Below, in pieces: positions 60,903 to 64,000 of a DNA stretch of 64,000 nucleotides (positions within the stretch are counted from its first letter, which is position 1; each line of letters starts with the position of its first letter). A program made the translations under genes and the position numbers. Source of the stretch: Candidatus Methanomethylicia archaeon (GTDB lineage Archaea; Thermoproteota; Methanomethylicia; Nezhaarchaeales; B40-G2); assembly GCA_029259155.1 (NCBI GenBank), contig JAPDJI010000017.1, positions 32,001 to 96,000 on the forward strand, read 5' to 3'. The notes under the pieces were generated by a model. That model had not been told where the DNA came from and made no database searches. It saw only the letters and a list, made by a program, of their open reading frames with translations.

Positions 60903-61103
60903 CTATGCCACCTATCAAAGAGTTTTCTGAAGGTTGATTAATAAGGGTGGTGAGGTTAACTACGTCAAATACTTCTCTGGAATATCAGAGGAATACAATA
61001 GGAGTTGTACATGAGCCTCTCCTTATCGCTCTCCTCTCAGTCTAGTTGAACTATATCCATAAACTCCACAAAGCTAAAACCTGTCACGAGTTAACTTTAC
61101 TCG

Positions 61104-62225
61104 ATGATTGGTAGGTATTCGAGACCCTTCGTCGTGCGCCTGCTTCTTTTAATTTTAATCACTGTATTCTCTCTAACAGCTCTTTTACTCCTGCGCGCCC
61201 CTCCTACAAGCCATGAAGCATCTACTTTTCTTTATAAATTAAACGTTACGTTGACCAACAACGGCACGCAGCCTATGCCCCTAGAAGGCTTAACCTTGAT
61301 TACCATCTTCCCTAATAGTTCTCGACAGCGTGTTTTAGTTGAACGTGTAAGTTATTACCTTAACGGAGATGAACTTAACGGTTATAGCTTCCAAAAAAGC
61401 CCAGAAGGTAACACAATATTGAACCTGACAGGGGCACCTGCGTTCCTTCCCCCTAGGTCTTGTCTAAGAGTATACCTTGAACTGTCCATTAATCTTCAAA
61501 CAACAATTATGAACTTAACCACCCCTCTAATCCCTGAAGAGTCCCAGCTCCTTGACGATATTCCAGCTGAGCTCAAAGAAAAGTTCTGTAACTCCACAGA
61601 TCTATGGAATACTCAAGACCCTGAATTAAGCCGCTTAGCTTCTTTCTTGAGCGGCGATGAAAGGGTGTTAAATGTAATATATAACTTCCTAACATGGATT
61701 GACGATAATATCAAGTACCCTTCTGAGCGTGAAGATACCGAACACATAGTATGGTATCCTAACCAGACATATGTGGAGCGCGAAGGAGATTGTGATGATA
61801 GGGCTAATCTCTTCATAACTCTATGTCGATGCGTGGGAATACCGAGCTATCTGCAGTATGGCGCCATATATGAACCAGGTTCTATGTCCTTTAGTGAATA
61901 TTTTGGTTCAAGGTATAGACACATTATGTACGGGATGGGTAGACATGGCTGGGCTATGTCTTATGTTCCACCATGGGGTTGGCTACCTATCGATTTTACT
62001 TACTTTGAAGGGCTGTCTCTGGTGGGGATTAATGGATCTCTATATTTGAAGGCCTCTAAACCCTCAGACCATATCATTGGCTCCGCTTTATTCACGGACT
62101 CGGTTATAGTAGAGGGTAATATAACTGTAAGTGACTATATGGCTTCAAACCTTAAGATCGCCGAGCTCCTCGCTAACTATGATGCTTATATGATTGAGGA
62201 AGAAGCCTTACTTCCTCATCCCTAA
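61104..62225 (+). CDS. Membrane-anchored/secreted transglutaminase-like protein
   Basis: N-terminal TM, GDCDD (Cys), HGW (His) and WLPIDFT (Asp) triad; many N-x-S/T sequons. Confidence 0.85.
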   Translation: MIGRYSRPFVVRLLLLILITVFSLTALLLLRAPPTSHEASTFLYKLNVTLTNNGTQPMPLEGLTLITIFPNSSRQRVLVERVSYYLNGDELNGYSFQKSPEGNTILNLTGAPAFLPPRSCLRVYLELSINLQTTIMNLTTPLIPEESQLLDDIPAELKEKFCNSTDLWNTQDPELSRLASFLSGDERVLNVIYNFLTWIDDNIKYPSEREDTEHIVWYPNQTYVEREGDCDDRANLFITLCRCVGIPSYLQYGAIYEPGSMSFSEYFGSRYRHIMYGMGRHGWAMSYVPPWGWLPIDFTYFEGLSLVGINGSLYLKASKPSDHIIGSALFTDSVIVEGNITVSDYMASNLKIAELLANYDAYMIEEEALLPHP

Positions 62226-62301
62226 GGTTTTTTTATGATTTTGGACGATGGAAAAGCAGTTTTTAAACTAGGAAGTAGGTTGTAAGTATCTTTGAGGATC
62301 T

Positions 62302-62823
62302 ATGCACGTACTAGACGCAATAAAGACGAGGAGAAGTGTAAGGGCTTTTAGGCCTGAGCCCATACCTGATGATCTTCTTACAAAGGTGCTCGAGGCTGGG
62401 ACATGGGCTCCTTCAGCAGGAAATCTACAGCCGTGGGAGTTTATAGTGGTTAAGAGTCAGGAGATGAAGGTTAAAATAGCTAGGGCTGCTCTACATCAAA
62501 TGTGGATAACTGAGGCTCCGGTTGTTGTGGTGGCGTGTGCTAATGAGAAAAGATCTGAAATGGGATATGGGGAGAGAGGTAGAGCTTTCTACTGTATATG
62601 TGATGTCTCTGCGGCGGTTCAGAACATGCTTTTGGCTATACATGCTCTCGGCTTGGCTTCGTGTTGGATTGGAGCTTTCGATGACTATGAGCTCTCAGAA
62701 GTACTCAAGCTACCTCCTGGTGTAAGGCCTATAGCAATTCTTCCTATAGGCTATGGAAGAGAAGCTCCGCGTTCACCGCCTAGAAGACCTTTAAGCTCTG
62801 TTATTCATCTTGAACACTACTAG
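62302..62823 (+). CDS. Nitroreductase family protein
   Basis: RRSVRAF, WAPSAGNLQPW, QNMLLA and GLASCWIG. Confidence 0.93.
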   Translation: MHVLDAIKTRRSVRAFRPEPIPDDLLTKVLEAGTWAPSAGNLQPWEFIVVKSQEMKVKIARAALHQMWITEAPVVVVACANEKRSEMGYGERGRAFYCICDVSAAVQNMLLAIHALGLASCWIGAFDDYELSEVLKLPPGVRPIAILPIGYGREAPRSPPRRPLSSVIHLEHY

Positions 62824-62849
62824 TTTCCTTAGAGTTGGGGGTTTGTCTT

Positions 62850-63380
62850 TTGTCTGATGAAGCTAAGGAGCTTGCCGAATTAAAGAGGTATTTGGAAGAA
62901 AAACTCTCGTCTCTTCAGAGAGAAGTTGAAAACTTAAAAGCGATAATAAAGCTTGTAGACGAAGCTCTTTCAAAGACGAGTTTTAAGCCAGCCTTGGAGT
63001 TAATGGAGCTTCCACCCTCAACCGAGGAAAATGTTATGTTAATAACCACAAGGGATGGCAAGGTATTGGGGAAGGTATATGTAGGTGAAGATTATATGAG
63101 GGTTGAACCATCACCTGATCTGGATCTAGACATCAACATTTCCCCCTTCAAGCCTTTTCTCATCGATAAGGTCTTGGAGTCCATGAAGGCTAAGGATAGA
63201 GAAGCTGCTGAGAGAGGTTTGATAGATCCTGATAAAGTGATGGATTATCGCGTGCATACTGAAGGAGACAAGCTGAAGTACATCTTGGTAAAGAATGTAG
63301 TTGACGAACGTAGGGTAAGGGAGATTAGAAGCGCCGTCAGATGGACCTTTGAACGTATGCTTGAAAGGATGCGAAGATAA
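62850..63380 (+). CDS. Hypothetical protein with N-terminal coiled coil
   Basis: Heptad-rich N-terminus, SFKPA and C-terminal R..EI..AVRWTFERM; typical codon usage. Confidence 0.75.
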   Translation: MSDEAKELAELKRYLEEKLSSLQREVENLKAIIKLVDEALSKTSFKPALELMELPPSTEENVMLITTRDGKVLGKVYVGEDYMRVEPSPDLDLDINISPFKPFLIDKVLESMKAKDREAAERGLIDPDKVMDYRVHTEGDKLKYILVKNVVDERRVREIRSAVRWTFERMLERMRR

Positions 63381-63474
63381 GCCTCTTAGATTACCTGCTT
63401 TATCCATTTATTGAATCGAGGAACCGCTGGGATTAAAAGGCTTTTTTGGTGGGTGCAGATGGTGATGTAGCCGA

Positions 63475-63903
63475 ATGCAGCGGTGTGAAAAACGAAGAGC
63501 AGTATCTCCTGTGATAGCTACACTTATCATGGTGGCTGTTGCGATATCGTTAGGCTCCTTCGCCTACTGGTACACCGTAAGTTACACTAAGACCTCCACG
63601 CAAACAGTCTCCTTGGTTATCGACGCAACGGCCACCAATAGTTCATCAGGCAGCTCACTCCAAGTTATCTTGAGAAATATAGGAGCTACCCCTATAATGG
63701 TGGAGAAACTTCTAGTATTCCATGAACATGGTAACCACATAGTCGACGTTAATGCTGCGCTCAATGCAGGCAGTACCCTATCCTTGTCTTTCACGGAAGA
63801 CGATGTGCCCGACATGACCTTCATAGCTGGCAAGAGCTATACTATATTAGTCAAGACAGATGTAGGCAATTTCTCCTCCACCACTTACTGTGTGAGCGGG
63901 TGA
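63475..63903 (+). CDS. Archaeal type IV pilin-like protein
   Basis: Class III signal peptide KRRA/VSPVIATLIMVAVAI. Confidence 0.88.
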   Translation: MQRCEKRRAVSPVIATLIMVAVAISLGSFAYWYTVSYTKTSTQTVSLVIDATATNSSSGSSLQVILRNIGATPIMVEKLLVFHEHGNHIVDVNAALNAGSTLSLSFTEDDVPDMTFIAGKSYTILVKTDVGNFSSTTYCVSG

Positions 63904-63910
63904 AGACTTC

Positions 63911-64000
63911 GTGACTCGTCAATCCTTTATTTTTACTCTAAGAGGAGTCTCACCTATAGTTTCGGTTTTATTAATGGTTGGCGTAGCTCTAGCTTTAGGT
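63911..64000 (+). CDS. Second type IV pilin-like protein (runs off the window)
   Basis: Hand translation MTRQSFIFTLRG/VSPIVSVLLMVGVALALG. Confidence 0.8.
   Translation, partial: MTRQSFIFTLRGVSPIVSVLLMVGVALALG

Overview
Gene-dense archaeal chromosomal window of core-type genes. It is probably from an anaerobic TACK-group archaeon with C1/methanofuran metabolism (inferred from thermosome, TIP49, CDC48, FEN1, tRNA-intron endonuclease, tungsten-type AOR, mfnB/D/E/F and frequent GTG/TTG starts; the lineage cannot be fixed from sequence alone). It holds a LipS2/LipT-like/lipoate-ligase cluster, aspS and gatCAB, a methanofuran cluster, an aspartate/threonine operon without thrB, carAB, speD, the DUF39-CBS/NIL-ferredoxin/UPF0280 homocysteine triad, FTR-thioredoxin, thiDN, two thermosome subunits and the start of a pilin cluster. 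I saw no tRNA, rRNA, CRISPR array or intact mobile element. The best candidate for an undescribed system is at 10612-12866: a threonine-synthase-fold protein lacking its PLP Schiff-base lysine (SFLDRG versus SFKDRG in the intact paralog), fused to a PadR-type winged helix. It is divergent from a PdxU2/HmpT-like ECF S-component, with a perfect 16-bp palindrome between them, suggesting an enzyme-derived metabolite (possibly vitamin B6) sensor. Other notable items: a two-state anti-SD leader on a TRAM gene, two genes without canonical start codons, a sharp A/C-ending codon patch in aspS, gene-conversion tracts between thermosome paralogs, and several unannotated microproteins. All family calls come from motif recognition by eye, not database searches.
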